DNA of 64,000 nt from Bacteroidota bacterium (GTDB taxonomy: Bacteria; Bacteroidota; Ignavibacteria; SZUA-365): the NCBI GenBank assembly GCA_003246455.1, contig QKAF01000009.1:85395-149394 (forward strand), in the 5' to 3' direction. Shown one piece after another: positions 28,712-38,665 of the stretch. The translations under genes were made by a program, and so were the position numbers. The notes under the pieces were generated by a model. It had not been told where the DNA came from, did not search any database, and saw nothing but the letters and a program-made list of their open reading frames with translations. Positions within the stretch are counted from its first letter, which is position 1. Each line of letters begins with the position of its first letter.

Positions 28712-29833
28712 GTGACGTCTCGTCGCCCTAGCCGGATCGAACAGACTGCCGACGAGCGCAGACGCGCCGCCGTACGCACGCTTCAGCGACTGCTGCGAAG
28801 CGACGGCCTCGATGCGCTGCTGGTCACACACCTCCCGCACGTCCGCTACCTCACCGGTTTCACCGGTTCCAACGGCTGGCTGCTGGTCCGAAAGCGCTCC
28901 GCGCTGTTCCTGACCGATCCGCGCTACCGTGAGCAGGCGGCAATCGAAGTCACAGCCATGCCCGCAGAGGTGATAGTCGGCCGGACATTTTCCGCGGCCC
29001 TTCGGGACATGCGCCTCCATGAAAAAATGGAGACCCTCGCGATCGAGTCCGATCACCTCACGGCGACGATCGCCTCGAATCTGAAGAAACTTCTGCGTCC
29101 GCTCCGCCTCGTGCCCCTCAGCGGCCTCGTCGAGGAACTGCGGTCGGTCAAACTCGAGGATGAACTCTCCGCCATCCGCCGGGCCATCGCCATCAGCGAG
29201 GCGGCGTTTCTCGACGTCATCCCCCTGCTCCAGCCGGGAGTCACCGAAATCGACATCGCCGCGGAGCTGACCTACCGCCAGCGCCGGCTCGGCGCGGACG
29301 GCGACGCGTTCCCTCCCATTGTCCTGTTCGGACGCCGCAGTTCGCTCATTCACGGCCAGCCCACACGGAGCAGGCTGTCGCGGCGCGCTCCGGTACTCAT
29401 CGATTTCGGCTGCCGGGTAAACGGCTACGGCAGCGATCTGACCCGGACCCTGCATTTCGGGCGAGCGCCCCGCGCTTTTCGCGACGCCTACGCGACCGTC
29501 CGGGAGGCCCAGCAGCAGGGCTGTGACGCCGTGTGCGCAGGGGTACCCGCAGCGGAAATCGACGCGCTCGTGCGCGGGCACATCGACGCCGCGGGGCTCG
29601 GGCTTTATTTCGAGCACGGTCTCGGACACGGCATCGGACTCGAGATGCACGAAGCGCCGCTGCTCTCATGGCGGAATACCGCCCCGCTCGAGCCGGGCGA
29701 AGTCATCACCATCGAACCGGGCGTGTACCTGCCGGGGGCCTTCGGCATCCGCATCGAAGACGACATGCTCGTGACGGCGGACGGGGGGATCGTCCTCTCA
29801 TCCCTGCCGCGCACGCTGCTGGAGCTCGAATGA
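28712..29833 (+). CDS. Xaa-Pro aminopeptidase (M24B family)
   Basis: YLTGFTGS, DFG...DLTRT, HGLGHGIGLEMHEAP, TIEPGVY, GIRIEDD; GTG start. Confidence 0.9.
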   Translation: MTSRRPSRIEQTADERRRAAVRTLQRLLRSDGLDALLVTHLPHVRYLTGFTGSNGWLLVRKRSALFLTDPRYREQAAIEVTAMPAEVIVGRTFSAALRDMRLHEKMETLAIESDHLTATIASNLKKLLRPLRLVPLSGLVEELRSVKLEDELSAIRRAIAISEAAFLDVIPLLQPGVTEIDIAAELTYRQRRLGADGDAFPPIVLFGRRSSLIHGQPTRSRLSRRAPVLIDFGCRVNGYGSDLTRTLHFGRAPRAFRDAYATVREAQQQGCDAVCAGVPAAEIDALVRGHIDAAGLGLYFEHGLGHGIGLEMHEAPLLSWRNTAPLEPGEVITIEPGVYLPGAFGIRIEDDMLVTADGGIVLSSLPRTLLELE

Positions 29834-31215
29834 TTCCCGAGAACCATTCCACGCACCGGGTGCTGGTCGTCGCCTACTATTTCCCTCCGCTCGGTCTCAG
29901 CGGCGTGCAGCGCACGCTGAAATTCGTCAAGTACCTCCCTTCCTTCGGCTGGGAACCCACCGTACTGACAGTCGAAGACCGCGGGTATTTTGCGAAAGAC
30001 GACACCATGCTCGGCGAGATCGACGGACTTCCCGTGACGGTGCTGCGGACGCCTTCCATCGATCCCCTGCATTTCTTCCGGCGCAAGGGCGTGGTGCGCA
30101 TGCCGTCGGCGCGCTCCCTTGGCCTGTTCGCCAAGCTGAGCCAGGTGCTGTTCATCCCGGACAACAAAATCGGCTGGAAGAAACACGCCGTGGAGGCGGC
30201 GCTCGCGCATATCGCCGAGCATCCGGTGGACGCCATCTACGCGACGGCGCCCCCGTATACCGACTTTCTCATCGGTCTCGAACTCAAGCGCCGCACCGGG
30301 CTCCCGCTCATCGTCGACTACCGCGATGCCTGGCTCGAAAATCCGCTGCATTTCTACCTGACGCCTCTGCATAAGGCCCTGCACCATCGGCTGGAGCAGC
30401 GCGTCCTGCGCCACGCGGATCAGATCATCAGCATCAACCGTCCCATAAAGGAGCGCATCCTGAAAGGGAACCGCTTCCTCTCCCACAACGACGTGACGAT
30501 CATCTCGCAGGGCTACGACCAGGCCGATTTCGAAGGGATGCAGCGAAACCGCGCGCGCGACGGACGGATGCGCATCCTCTATGCCGGGACGTTCTACTAC
30601 AACCGGAATCCGCGGGCCTTTTTCACGGCTCTGCGCGCGATCTCGGACAGTTCGCCTGCGCTGGCGCGCGCACTCGACGTCCACATCGTGGGCAGCAAGC
30701 GCGATCAGGATATTGCGCTGCTGCGTGAGCTCGACATCGAGAGCATGGTGACGCTGCATGGATATCTCCCCCATCGCGAAACCGTTTCCCGCCTTGTCGA
30801 CGCGGACGTGCTCCTGCTCGTGATCGGGCGCGGAAAAGGCGAAGACATGATGTCGACCGGGAAGCTGTACGAATACCTCGGCGCGCGGAAACCGGTTCTC
30901 GCCTGCGTTCCCGACGGCGCCGCGCGGCAGGTTCTCGAAAAGGGCGGGGCGGCATTCTTTGCAGACCCCGACGATCCGAAGGATATCGAGGCACGAATCC
31001 GTACCTTGTTTGACCTGCACAAAAATGATAGATTGCCCACGCCTTCGTACGAATATGTTTCCCAATTCGACCGCAGGACGCTCACCGGCAGGCTTGCGAC
31101 GCTGTTCGCAGCAGCTCTCGAACCCGGTCCCCCCGTGACGCGGGTCCGCACCAGAGCCGCCGCGCATTCCGGTGAAGACGCACGACATACTCCCACATCT
31201 TCTGACGCATCATGA
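29830..31215 (+). CDS. Glycosyltransferase family 4
   Basis: YYFPP..SGVQR..KFVKYL, VDYRDAW, YAGTFY, STGKLYEYLGARKPVL; ATGA overlap with upstream gene. Confidence 0.85.
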   Translation: MIPENHSTHRVLVVAYYFPPLGLSGVQRTLKFVKYLPSFGWEPTVLTVEDRGYFAKDDTMLGEIDGLPVTVLRTPSIDPLHFFRRKGVVRMPSARSLGLFAKLSQVLFIPDNKIGWKKHAVEAALAHIAEHPVDAIYATAPPYTDFLIGLELKRRTGLPLIVDYRDAWLENPLHFYLTPLHKALHHRLEQRVLRHADQIISINRPIKERILKGNRFLSHNDVTIISQGYDQADFEGMQRNRARDGRMRILYAGTFYYNRNPRAFFTALRAISDSSPALARALDVHIVGSKRDQDIALLRELDIESMVTLHGYLPHRETVSRLVDADVLLLVIGRGKGEDMMSTGKLYEYLGARKPVLACVPDGAARQVLEKGGAAFFADPDDPKDIEARIRTLFDLHKNDRLPTPSYEYVSQFDRRTLTGRLATLFAAALEPGPPVTRVRTRAAAHSGEDARHTPTSSDAS

Positions 31216-32495
31216 AAATTCTTGTCATCGGCAATGGCGGCCGCGAGCACGCCATCTGCTGGAAACTCAGGCACAGCAAGGAAGTCGAACACATCTACTG
31301 CGCACCGGGCAACGCCGGAACGGCGGCGCTCGGCACGAACGTGAGCATCAAGCAGGGCGATATCGACGGCCTCCTGCAGTTCGTCCGCCGGGAGAGCATC
31401 GATCTGACCATCGTCGGACCGGAGGCGCCGCTCGCCGACGGCATCGTCGACACCTTCACCGCGGCGGGACACCGCATTTTCGGGCCGACGAAGGCCGCGG
31501 CACAGCTCGAAACCAGCAAGGCATTCGCGAAGGACTTCATGAAGCGGCATCACATTCCCACCGCCGCATACGAAGTGTTTCATGCCGGAGAAAAAGGCCG
31601 GCTTCGCCGCTATCTCTCCGCCAGCAGCTACCCCGTGGTACTCAAGGCAGACGGCCTTGCGGCGGGCAAGGGCGTGATCATCGCCCAGAGCTTCGAGGAG
31701 GCGATGCGCAACGGGGAAAGCATGCTCGAAGGAAGCGCCTTCGGAGACGCGGGCACCACCCTGGTCGTGGAAGAATTCATGGAGGGCGTCGAGGCGTCGG
31801 TGTTCGCGCTTACCGACAGCGTCCGCTTCGTCACCCTGGCTCCCGCACAGGACCATAAACGCATTCTCGACAACGACCTCGGGAAGAACACCGGCGGCAT
31901 GGGCGCCTTCGCGCCGACGCCGCACGTTCCGACCGAAGTCCTCGCCGATGTGAAAATCCATATCATCAAGCGCGTCATCGACGGGATGCGGGCTGACGGA
32001 ATTCCGTACGCGGGTGTACTGTTCGTCGGCCTCATGCTCACGGAAGATGGCCCGAAGGTGCTGGAATTCAATTGCCGCTTCGGCGATCCGGAGACCCAGG
32101 TGGTCCTGCCCCTGATCGATTACGACCTCGGGGTGCTCCTCCGCGACATCGCCGACGGGAAGCTTCAGCTGAATCGCCTGCCGCTGCACGACGCGAACGC
32201 TGTCTGCGTGGTCATGGCGTCCAGCGGTTATCCCGACGCCTACGATACCGGGAAAGCGATCGCGGGACTCGACGCGATTAACGAAGAAGAAGAAGGAGTG
32301 CTCGTTTTCCACGCGGGTACCCGAACGGAAGGCGGCCGCGTCGTCACCGCCGGCGGACGCGTCCTTGGCGTGACCGCCCTCGCACAGGGCTCCGACCTGG
32401 CCGCGAGCATCCGTCTCGCCTACAGCGCCGTGAACCGTATTCGTTTCGACGGCGCCTATTACCGCACCGACATCGGAAAAAAAGCACTCCAGTAA
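31212..32495 (+). CDS. purD: Phosphoribosylamine--glycine ligase
   Basis: MKILVIGNGGREHAI, APGNAG, KADGLAAGKGV, QDHKR, NTGGMGA, EFNCRFGDPETQ, TAGGRVL. Confidence 0.97.
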   Translation: MKILVIGNGGREHAICWKLRHSKEVEHIYCAPGNAGTAALGTNVSIKQGDIDGLLQFVRRESIDLTIVGPEAPLADGIVDTFTAAGHRIFGPTKAAAQLETSKAFAKDFMKRHHIPTAAYEVFHAGEKGRLRRYLSASSYPVVLKADGLAAGKGVIIAQSFEEAMRNGESMLEGSAFGDAGTTLVVEEFMEGVEASVFALTDSVRFVTLAPAQDHKRILDNDLGKNTGGMGAFAPTPHVPTEVLADVKIHIIKRVIDGMRADGIPYAGVLFVGLMLTEDGPKVLEFNCRFGDPETQVVLPLIDYDLGVLLRDIADGKLQLNRLPLHDANAVCVVMASSGYPDAYDTGKAIAGLDAINEEEEGVLVFHAGTRTEGGRVVTAGGRVLGVTALAQGSDLAASIRLAYSAVNRIRFDGAYYRTDIGKKALQ

Positions 32496-32520
32496 CGCAT
32501 CACAAGAAACAGAGACCCGC

Positions 32521-32907
32521 ATGAGCAGGCCGCAGAAACCACTCGCTGAAAAATGGGGCATCATCCCCTGGCTGAAAATCCGCATCGACAAGGATCCGGC
32601 CTATCTGAAAGAGCTGATCGTACCGCTGTGCGACGACAACAAGTTCGTCACGCAGGGTGTATGCGATCTGGCATTCGTCGCGCCGACGTCGGCGGCCGAA
32701 TGGAAGCAGAAGGCGCGCCGGCTCAAACCCGCCATCGATCCCGACGGCGTCATCTGGGTCATTTATCCCAAGGATGAATTCCGCGAGAAATACGACTTCG
32801 ACGGGAGCCTTCCCGAGATGGTCCAGATCGTGAAGGAACTCGGATTGAAGAACACCAAGCTGGCAGCCGTCAACGGGGAGCTGACCTCCGCGCGCTTCAG
32901 CCTCTAG
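32521..32907 (+). CDS. Hypothetical protein (DUF3052-like)
   Basis: 128 aa; PDGVIWVIYPK motif; co-oriented in the operon. Confidence 0.55.
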   Translation: MSRPQKPLAEKWGIIPWLKIRIDKDPAYLKELIVPLCDDNKFVTQGVCDLAFVAPTSAAEWKQKARRLKPAIDPDGVIWVIYPKDEFREKYDFDGSLPEMVQIVKELGLKNTKLAAVNGELTSARFSL

Positions 32908-32931
32908 CGCCGGGCAGTGGAAGGCCGACGC

Positions 32932-34023
32932 ATGCGCACACTGCTCACCGTCATCGGAACCCGTCCGCAGTACATCAAGTACGCCGCGCTGTCAGGGCGC
33001 CTCTCCCCGCACTTCCATGAAATCGTGATCGACACCGGGCAGCATTACGACACCGCGCTGTCAGGGCAGTTCAAACAGGAATTCCATTTCGGGGCGGATT
33101 TCCGCACGCTCGAACATTCCGGACTCGAAGGCACTGCGCGCTTCACCGCGATGCTCGACCAGATCGACGCGGCTATCGTCCAGATTCATCCCGACCTCCT
33201 TCTGTGTTTCGGCGACACCGACAGCACGCTCGCTGCAGGCATGGCGGCAGCGCGGCGCGGCATCGCGGTCTGTCACGTCGAAGCGGGCGAACGCAGCCAG
33301 TATGCCGACGGATCGCGGATCGCGGCACGCAAAGTACCAGAGGAATCGAACCGGATGATCGTCGACCATCTCTCCTCCCTCCTGCTCTGTACCGGACAGG
33401 ACGCCGCGGCGAACTGCCGGGAAGAAGCCTGCACGGGCAGCATCGCGGTCACCGGCGACATCATGTACGACCTTTTTCTCCAGGGCAGGGACCAGCTGCC
33501 GCGGGCGTCTGAACTCCTCGCAAGGCACGGATGCCCGGGACCACCGTACTATCTATGCACGGTGCATCGCCCGGTGAACACCGATGACGCCGGCCGCCTC
33601 GCCGGGCTCATGACGACGCTCAACGAACTGCCGCTGCCGGTCCTGCTCCCGCTGCACCCGCGCACGGCGCAACGCATGCGTCAAGCGGGCATCGCTCCCG
33701 GTCCCGGCGCACTGCACCTGCTCCCTCCCCTGTCGCACGGGGAGACGCTCGCGCTGACCGCGGGCGCCGAGCGCGTCCTGACCGATTCAGGCGGACTCAC
33801 CCGTGAGGCGTTTTTCTGCGGCGTGCCTTCGCTCTGTCTCGACGACGTCACCGCCTGGCATGCGATCTGCCGCAGGGGCTGGTGCGATCTCACCGGAGCG
33901 GACGCCTCGGCCATCCGACGCGCACTGGAGCGCCCTGCGCCCGCGGAGCACGACCCTTCGCTTTTCGGAGACGGGAACGCCTCCGCGCGGGTGGTCGAAT
34001 CTCTCGTTGATTTCATCGCCTGA
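32932..34023 (+). CDS. wecB: UDP-N-acetylglucosamine 2-epimerase (non-hydrolysing family)
   Basis: GTRPQYIK, TGQHYD, GDTDSTLA, HVEAGER, PEESNR, LHPRT, TDSGG, FGDGNAS. Confidence 0.85.
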   Translation: MRTLLTVIGTRPQYIKYAALSGRLSPHFHEIVIDTGQHYDTALSGQFKQEFHFGADFRTLEHSGLEGTARFTAMLDQIDAAIVQIHPDLLLCFGDTDSTLAAGMAAARRGIAVCHVEAGERSQYADGSRIAARKVPEESNRMIVDHLSSLLLCTGQDAAANCREEACTGSIAVTGDIMYDLFLQGRDQLPRASELLARHGCPGPPYYLCTVHRPVNTDDAGRLAGLMTTLNELPLPVLLPLHPRTAQRMRQAGIAPGPGALHLLPPLSHGETLALTAGAERVLTDSGGLTREAFFCGVPSLCLDDVTAWHAICRRGWCDLTGADASAIRRALERPAPAEHDPSLFGDGNASARVVESLVDFIA

Positions 34024-34059
34024 ATTCCCCCGGTCTGCCACGCCCTTTCCCCGCTCCCG

Positions 34060-34596
34060 CTACCGTCCCTCTGCCTGCTTTTCCCTTTCCCGTTCCTCCC
34101 ATTTCGCGTCGAAGCGTTTCCGAATGAGATCGAAGAGGTTCGCCAGCAGCGTGATGCTGCCGATGACCAGCACGGAAATGATCCACGGCTTCGCCGCGGA
34201 AAGCATGTCGTAACTCCCCCAGATGAACTCGTGTCCCCAGGGCGAATCGTACCCGAGCCAGATGGTGGCGAGAAACAGAACGATGGTCACCGCGGCGTGG
34301 ACGCCGAGCATGATCCATCGCCTGCGCGTGCTCGGGATCACCGTCATCTGGTATTTGTAGAGAAAAATGAAAAACACCAGGATGCCCAGAATGCCCACGG
34401 AGATCGCCAGCAGCCCCATGATATCGATGTCGCGCGGCCACATCTGAATGTAGGCGAGCGTCCAGAGAACGATCGCCGTCAGGGGAAGCGACGCCGATAT
34501 CGCAATCAGGAACAGGACCTTCACGAGGTGCTGCCTCCGTTCGCCTCCCGCCTGCCGCGGCGCCCGGTTCTCTTCGTTGGTATGCAGTGCTTCCAT
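34060..34596 (-). CDS. Hypothetical integral membrane protein (4 TM)
   Basis: AGGAG SD; four hydrophobic segments in 178 aa. Confidence 0.65.
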   Translation of the reverse strand: MEALHTNEENRAPRQAGGERRQHLVKVLFLIAISASLPLTAIVLWTLAYIQMWPRDIDIMGLLAISVGILGILVFFIFLYKYQMTVIPSTRRRWIMLGVHAAVTIVLFLATIWLGYDSPWGHEFIWGSYDMLSAAKPWIISVLVIGSITLLANLFDLIRKRFDAKWEEREREKQAEGR

Positions 34597-34617
34597 GCGC
34601 GATCACTCCTGCTGTGG

Positions 34618-35904
34618 TTACTTTCCGCCGCCGTCGTCGCGTCGCCGCGAGGTGTAGACGATATCGGGATCGATGGTTGTCGCGTAGGGACCGTCCCAGC
34701 TCATCGCGTACTTCTGATGCAGGAGTTCGCAGAGTCGGGACGAATTGATGAGGAATCCCGCGTTGCGGGAGGAAAGGAAATATTCCGGTGACCAGTTACT
34801 GGTCCCGATCCAGGCGCGGTCGGCATCGACAAGCAGGTACTTGCAGTGCTCGACACGTGCGAACGGGATGAAACCGCGGCTGTGCTCCGGGATCGCGGTC
34901 ACCCGCACGGTAATCCCCGGAACGGTCTGAAGACGCTTGAGATCCTTCTGTTTCCCCGGCGAAAGCGACCAGTCCGACACCATGAGCGATACCCGGACAC
35001 CTCTCGCCGCGGCACGGAGGAGGGCGTCTTCCAGCAGCGGGTAGCTGCCGTAACTGAGTACCTGCAGCTTGACGGAGTCGACCGCCCGGTCGAGCAGTTC
35101 GGCCAGGTCCGAAGCATCCCAGCGGGCGCCCAGGGGGAGCAGCGGCCGGGGGCTGAACACCGGCGCCAGCGTGTCGACGCCGCCCGTTGAAGCGATACCC
35201 AGCGGGAATGCCCCGGGAATCTCTCCTGCGATCACCGCGGCCCGTGACGGCTCTATCCCCCCGGCCAGGGCCCAGTCGAAATCGAACAGGCGAGAGAACG
35301 CATCCGCAGAAAGGCTGTCCCGCACGCGTACGCCGAGTTCATTGATATGGGAAAGTGCGCGCCAATCCCAGTTCTGACTGCCGACGAAGACGTCCCCCCT
35401 GTCGACCACAAAATACTTCGCGTGCTGCACCCCGCCGCCGAGAATCGAGGCGATGTCGAGGATGCGGACCTCGGCGCCGGGCAAGCGGCGGAAGCGCGCG
35501 AGCGTCTCGGGATATACGGATGCGAATTTCTTTTCTGCGATGACGCGCACCCGCACGCCGCGTGCGGCGGCGGTCTCCACCTGCCGGATGACGGGTTCGA
35601 GCGCACCGTCCGGGGTATTGGCAACGTAGAACTGTTCGATATCGATCGTGCGGCGCGCGGCGCCGAGCATTTCCATCCACACCTCGGCCGTATTGCGGAT
35701 GGCGGGATGATCGAGGGCGGTCTCTTCCGGCACACTCTCCACGAGTTCGACGAGCGGAGCGGGCGCGGGACGCTGCGATTCGGCGCAGCCGGGAAGAAGG
35801 AGAATGAGCAGTGCAACCGCTGCGAGGAACGTCCGCGGGCGGCCCTGCCGCAGGAAGCGCGCGGCCCGGTGTACGAAAGGATATCGAGCACCCCCGATGC
35901 GCAT
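34618..35904 (-). CDS. Phospholipase D superfamily lipoprotein (PLD3/K4-like)
   Basis: Two HKD motifs (HAKYFVVD..GSQNWDWRAL; HCKYLLVD..GTSNWS), LVESVP, lipobox-like LLPGC; true start uncertain. Confidence 0.8.
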   Translation of the reverse strand: MRIGGARYPFVHRAARFLRQGRPRTFLAAVALLILLLPGCAESQRPAPAPLVELVESVPEETALDHPAIRNTAEVWMEMLGAARRTIDIEQFYVANTPDGALEPVIRQVETAAARGVRVRVIAEKKFASVYPETLARFRRLPGAEVRILDIASILGGGVQHAKYFVVDRGDVFVGSQNWDWRALSHINELGVRVRDSLSADAFSRLFDFDWALAGGIEPSRAAVIAGEIPGAFPLGIASTGGVDTLAPVFSPRPLLPLGARWDASDLAELLDRAVDSVKLQVLSYGSYPLLEDALLRAAARGVRVSLMVSDWSLSPGKQKDLKRLQTVPGITVRVTAIPEHSRGFIPFARVEHCKYLLVDADRAWIGTSNWSPEYFLSSRNAGFLINSSRLCELLHQKYAMSWDGPYATTIDPDIVYTSRRRDDGGGK

Positions 35905-35906
35905 GG

Positions 35907-37271
35907 TCAGGCGATCCAGACCGTTTTGATGTTCACGAATTCACGGATGCCGTAATGCGAGAGTTCCCGGCCGTAGCCCGAACGCTTCACCCCGCCGAAC
36001 GGCAGCCGCGGGTCCGACTTCACCAGTCCGTTGACGAAAACACTTCCGGATTCGATGCGCGGGATGAGACGCTCGGCCCGCGCGCGGTCGCCTGTCCAGA
36101 GGCTCGCCCCCAGGCCGAAGAGACTGTCGTTGGCGGCGGCGACGGCTTCCTCTTCGTCCTTCACGGTAATTACGGCCGCCACCGGTCCGAACGTCTCCTC
36201 GTCGAACACCGGCATACCCTTGCGCACGCCGGCCAGGACCGTGGGCATGTAGAACGCGCCGGGGCCGTCGAATCGCCGTCCGCCCGTGAGTACGGTCGCG
36301 CCGAGGGCCACGGATGCGCGCACCTGCGCGTCGAGATCCAGCAGGAGGTCTTCACGCGCCAGCGCGCCGACTTCCGTTTCGTCGCGCAGGGGATCCCCCG
36401 TTTTCATGCCGGCCACCGCGCTGGTGAAGAGACGGGTGAAATCGTCGGCGACACGATCCATGACAATGAAGCGCTTCGCGGCGATGCAGCTCTGTCCGGT
36501 GTTGATCATCCGGGCGGTCGCGCCGGTACGCGCCGCGGCATCGACATCCGCGTCGTCGAGAACGATGAACGGATCGCTGCCGCCGAGTTCCAGCACGGTT
36601 TTCTTGAGCTGCCTGCCCGCATCGGCCGCGACATGGCTGCCGGCGGATTCAGAACCGGTAAGGGTCGCTGCGGCGACCGCGGGATGATCGATCACCGCCT
36701 TCACCGCGCCGGACCCGATGAGAAGCGTCTGGAAACATCCCTCGGGAAATCCAGCGCGCCGGAAAACATCCTCGATCATCAGGGCGCAGCCCGGAACGTT
36801 TGACGCGTGCTTGAGCAGGCCGGTATTCCCCGCCATCAGCGCCGGCGCGGCGAAGCGGAAAACCTGCCAGAACGGAAAGTTCCACGGCATCACCGCGAGG
36901 ACAGGACCGATCGGGTCGAAGCGGACATAGCTGTCGGAGGCGTCCGACGCGAGCGCTTCGCGTGCAAGGATGGCTTCCGCGTTATCGGCGTACCAGTCGC
37001 ACACCCACGCGCATTTATCCGCCTCCGCGCGCGACTGGGTGATCGGTTTGCCCATTTCCAGCGTCATCATGCGCGCGTACTCCTCGCGGCGGCTGCGCAG
37101 TTCGTCCGCGGCGCGATGCATCAGCGCAGCACGGGAAGCGAAGCCGGTTTCCCGCCAGGCGCGGAAGGCTGCCGCAGATGCCGCGATCCTGCGCTGCGTT
37201 TCCTCGCCCGTGAATTCGTGGTACGTTTCGAGAATCTCCCCTGTCGCCGGATTGACGGATGCAAACGGCAT
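35907..37271 (-). CDS. NAD(P)-dependent succinate-semialdehyde dehydrogenase (Sad/GabD1 type)
   Basis: MPWNFPFWQVFRFAAP, LKHAS, LELGGSDP, NTGQSCIAAKR, EETFGP, PFGGVKRSGYGREL. Confidence 0.88.
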   Translation of the reverse strand: MPFASVNPATGEILETYHEFTGEETQRRIAASAAAFRAWRETGFASRAALMHRAADELRSRREEYARMMTLEMGKPITQSRAEADKCAWVCDWYADNAEAILAREALASDASDSYVRFDPIGPVLAVMPWNFPFWQVFRFAAPALMAGNTGLLKHASNVPGCALMIEDVFRRAGFPEGCFQTLLIGSGAVKAVIDHPAVAAATLTGSESAGSHVAADAGRQLKKTVLELGGSDPFIVLDDADVDAAARTGATARMINTGQSCIAAKRFIVMDRVADDFTRLFTSAVAGMKTGDPLRDETEVGALAREDLLLDLDAQVRASVALGATVLTGGRRFDGPGAFYMPTVLAGVRKGMPVFDEETFGPVAAVITVKDEEEAVAAANDSLFGLGASLWTGDRARAERLIPRIESGSVFVNGLVKSDPRLPFGGVKRSGYGRELSHYGIREFVNIKTVWIA

Positions 37272-37484
37272 GACGTGCTCCATGTTGGTGTGGACGGACA
37301 AACCCCAATTTCATAAAATGCCGCATGAGGGGCAAACCGGGGCATATGCGGGGGCGGAACCTTGTCCAATCCGGGCAGTATAACGAATATTGCGCCGATT
37401 TTTCACACGTATGTCGTTTGTTGCAACTGGCCTCGCAACTCTGTATTTTGACTCTGTTTCGTCATTACTCAACAGCCATCCCCG

Positions 37485-38639
37485 ATGCTCATGAAAACAC
37501 TCGCCACTACCCTTCTTATCGTTGTCGCACTTCTTTCGCCTGTGTCCAAAGCATCCGCCCAGTTCGCCTTCGGCATGCAGTATTGCGTCGATGCCGAGGA
37601 CGCTCACGCGAAAATCACGCTCCCCGCGTCTGCTTTGGTCGATATCATCAAGGAATCGGGCGATGCAATCAGCAGCAAGGATGTCTGTCTCGGGGAGAAG
37701 CCGCAGGGAACGCTCAGCGGTTACCAGGCCGATTTTGACGGAGACGGGACGGAAGAAATGTGGCTGCTGTACCACACCGGCGAGGATGGCGCAGGATGCA
37801 ACGTCACCATGATCATCACCCCGACGGGCGGCGGCAAATACCAGCTGATGGATCTGCTGAGCTTCCCCGGCGGAAAGGCGCTCATCCGTCCGATGGTCGC
37901 GCTCGACGGAGGCATCCAGATGTACCTCCAGAACAGCCACACGCTCGAAGACGGCAGCGAGGAAGTCAAGGGGTCGGTGCTCGCCTATACCCAGACCGCG
38001 CTCATCATCCTGACCTCGTGGACGCAGAAAGCCGGGATGAAGGAAGACACCTTCATCACCGAGCAGGTCGACGCCGTGTTCATCGATCTGAATTTCGACA
38101 ACGTGAAGGAACTGGTTGTCCGCTACAACATGCATGAAACGGGCGGCGGCGCGCCGACCTCGAAGAATCTCGTGGACCAGTACATCCTCACGCTGGACTT
38201 CCTCCCAAACCATCTCCGTTACGGCGTGTACGACTCGGTGGGCTACGATAAGATCCAGGAAGCCGAGACCCTTGCCAAGGCCGGCCGCACGCAGCTCAAC
38301 CGTGACGAGACCCGTATCGAGGGCATCATCAAAATGCGCGAAGCGCTGCAGACCAATCCCTTCATGACGTGGGCACGCGTCCGCCTCGGTGAGTTCCTCC
38401 TTCATGACGGGAAGTACTCCGATGCACAGCTGACGCTGGTGCTCGCACGCGCATTCGATCCGGAATACAACAAGACGTACCGCATTCTCGGTGATACATA
38501 TCTCCGTCTCAATGATCTGCAGAAAGCCCTTGCCGCGTACGAACGGTACATCGAGCTCGGTCCCGAATCCACGTACTACCGGAAGAAAGTCGAGCACAAC
38601 ATCAAGCAGATCACGATTCCGAAAAATCGACGCAAGTAA
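37485..38639 (+). CDS. Secreted tetratricopeptide-repeat protein
   Basis: Signal peptide ASA-Q, ADFDGDGTEE motif, C-terminal TPRs (YRILGDTYLRLNDLQKALAAYERYIELGP). Confidence 0.7.
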   Translation: MLMKTLATTLLIVVALLSPVSKASAQFAFGMQYCVDAEDAHAKITLPASALVDIIKESGDAISSKDVCLGEKPQGTLSGYQADFDGDGTEEMWLLYHTGEDGAGCNVTMIITPTGGGKYQLMDLLSFPGGKALIRPMVALDGGIQMYLQNSHTLEDGSEEVKGSVLAYTQTALIILTSWTQKAGMKEDTFITEQVDAVFIDLNFDNVKELVVRYNMHETGGGAPTSKNLVDQYILTLDFLPNHLRYGVYDSVGYDKIQEAETLAKAGRTQLNRDETRIEGIIKMREALQTNPFMTWARVRLGEFLLHDGKYSDAQLTLVLARAFDPEYNKTYRILGDTYLRLNDLQKALAAYERYIELGPESTYYRKKVEHNIKQITIPKNRRK

Positions 38640-38665
38640 CACTACCAGAGAGAAGGATTTCGCCC

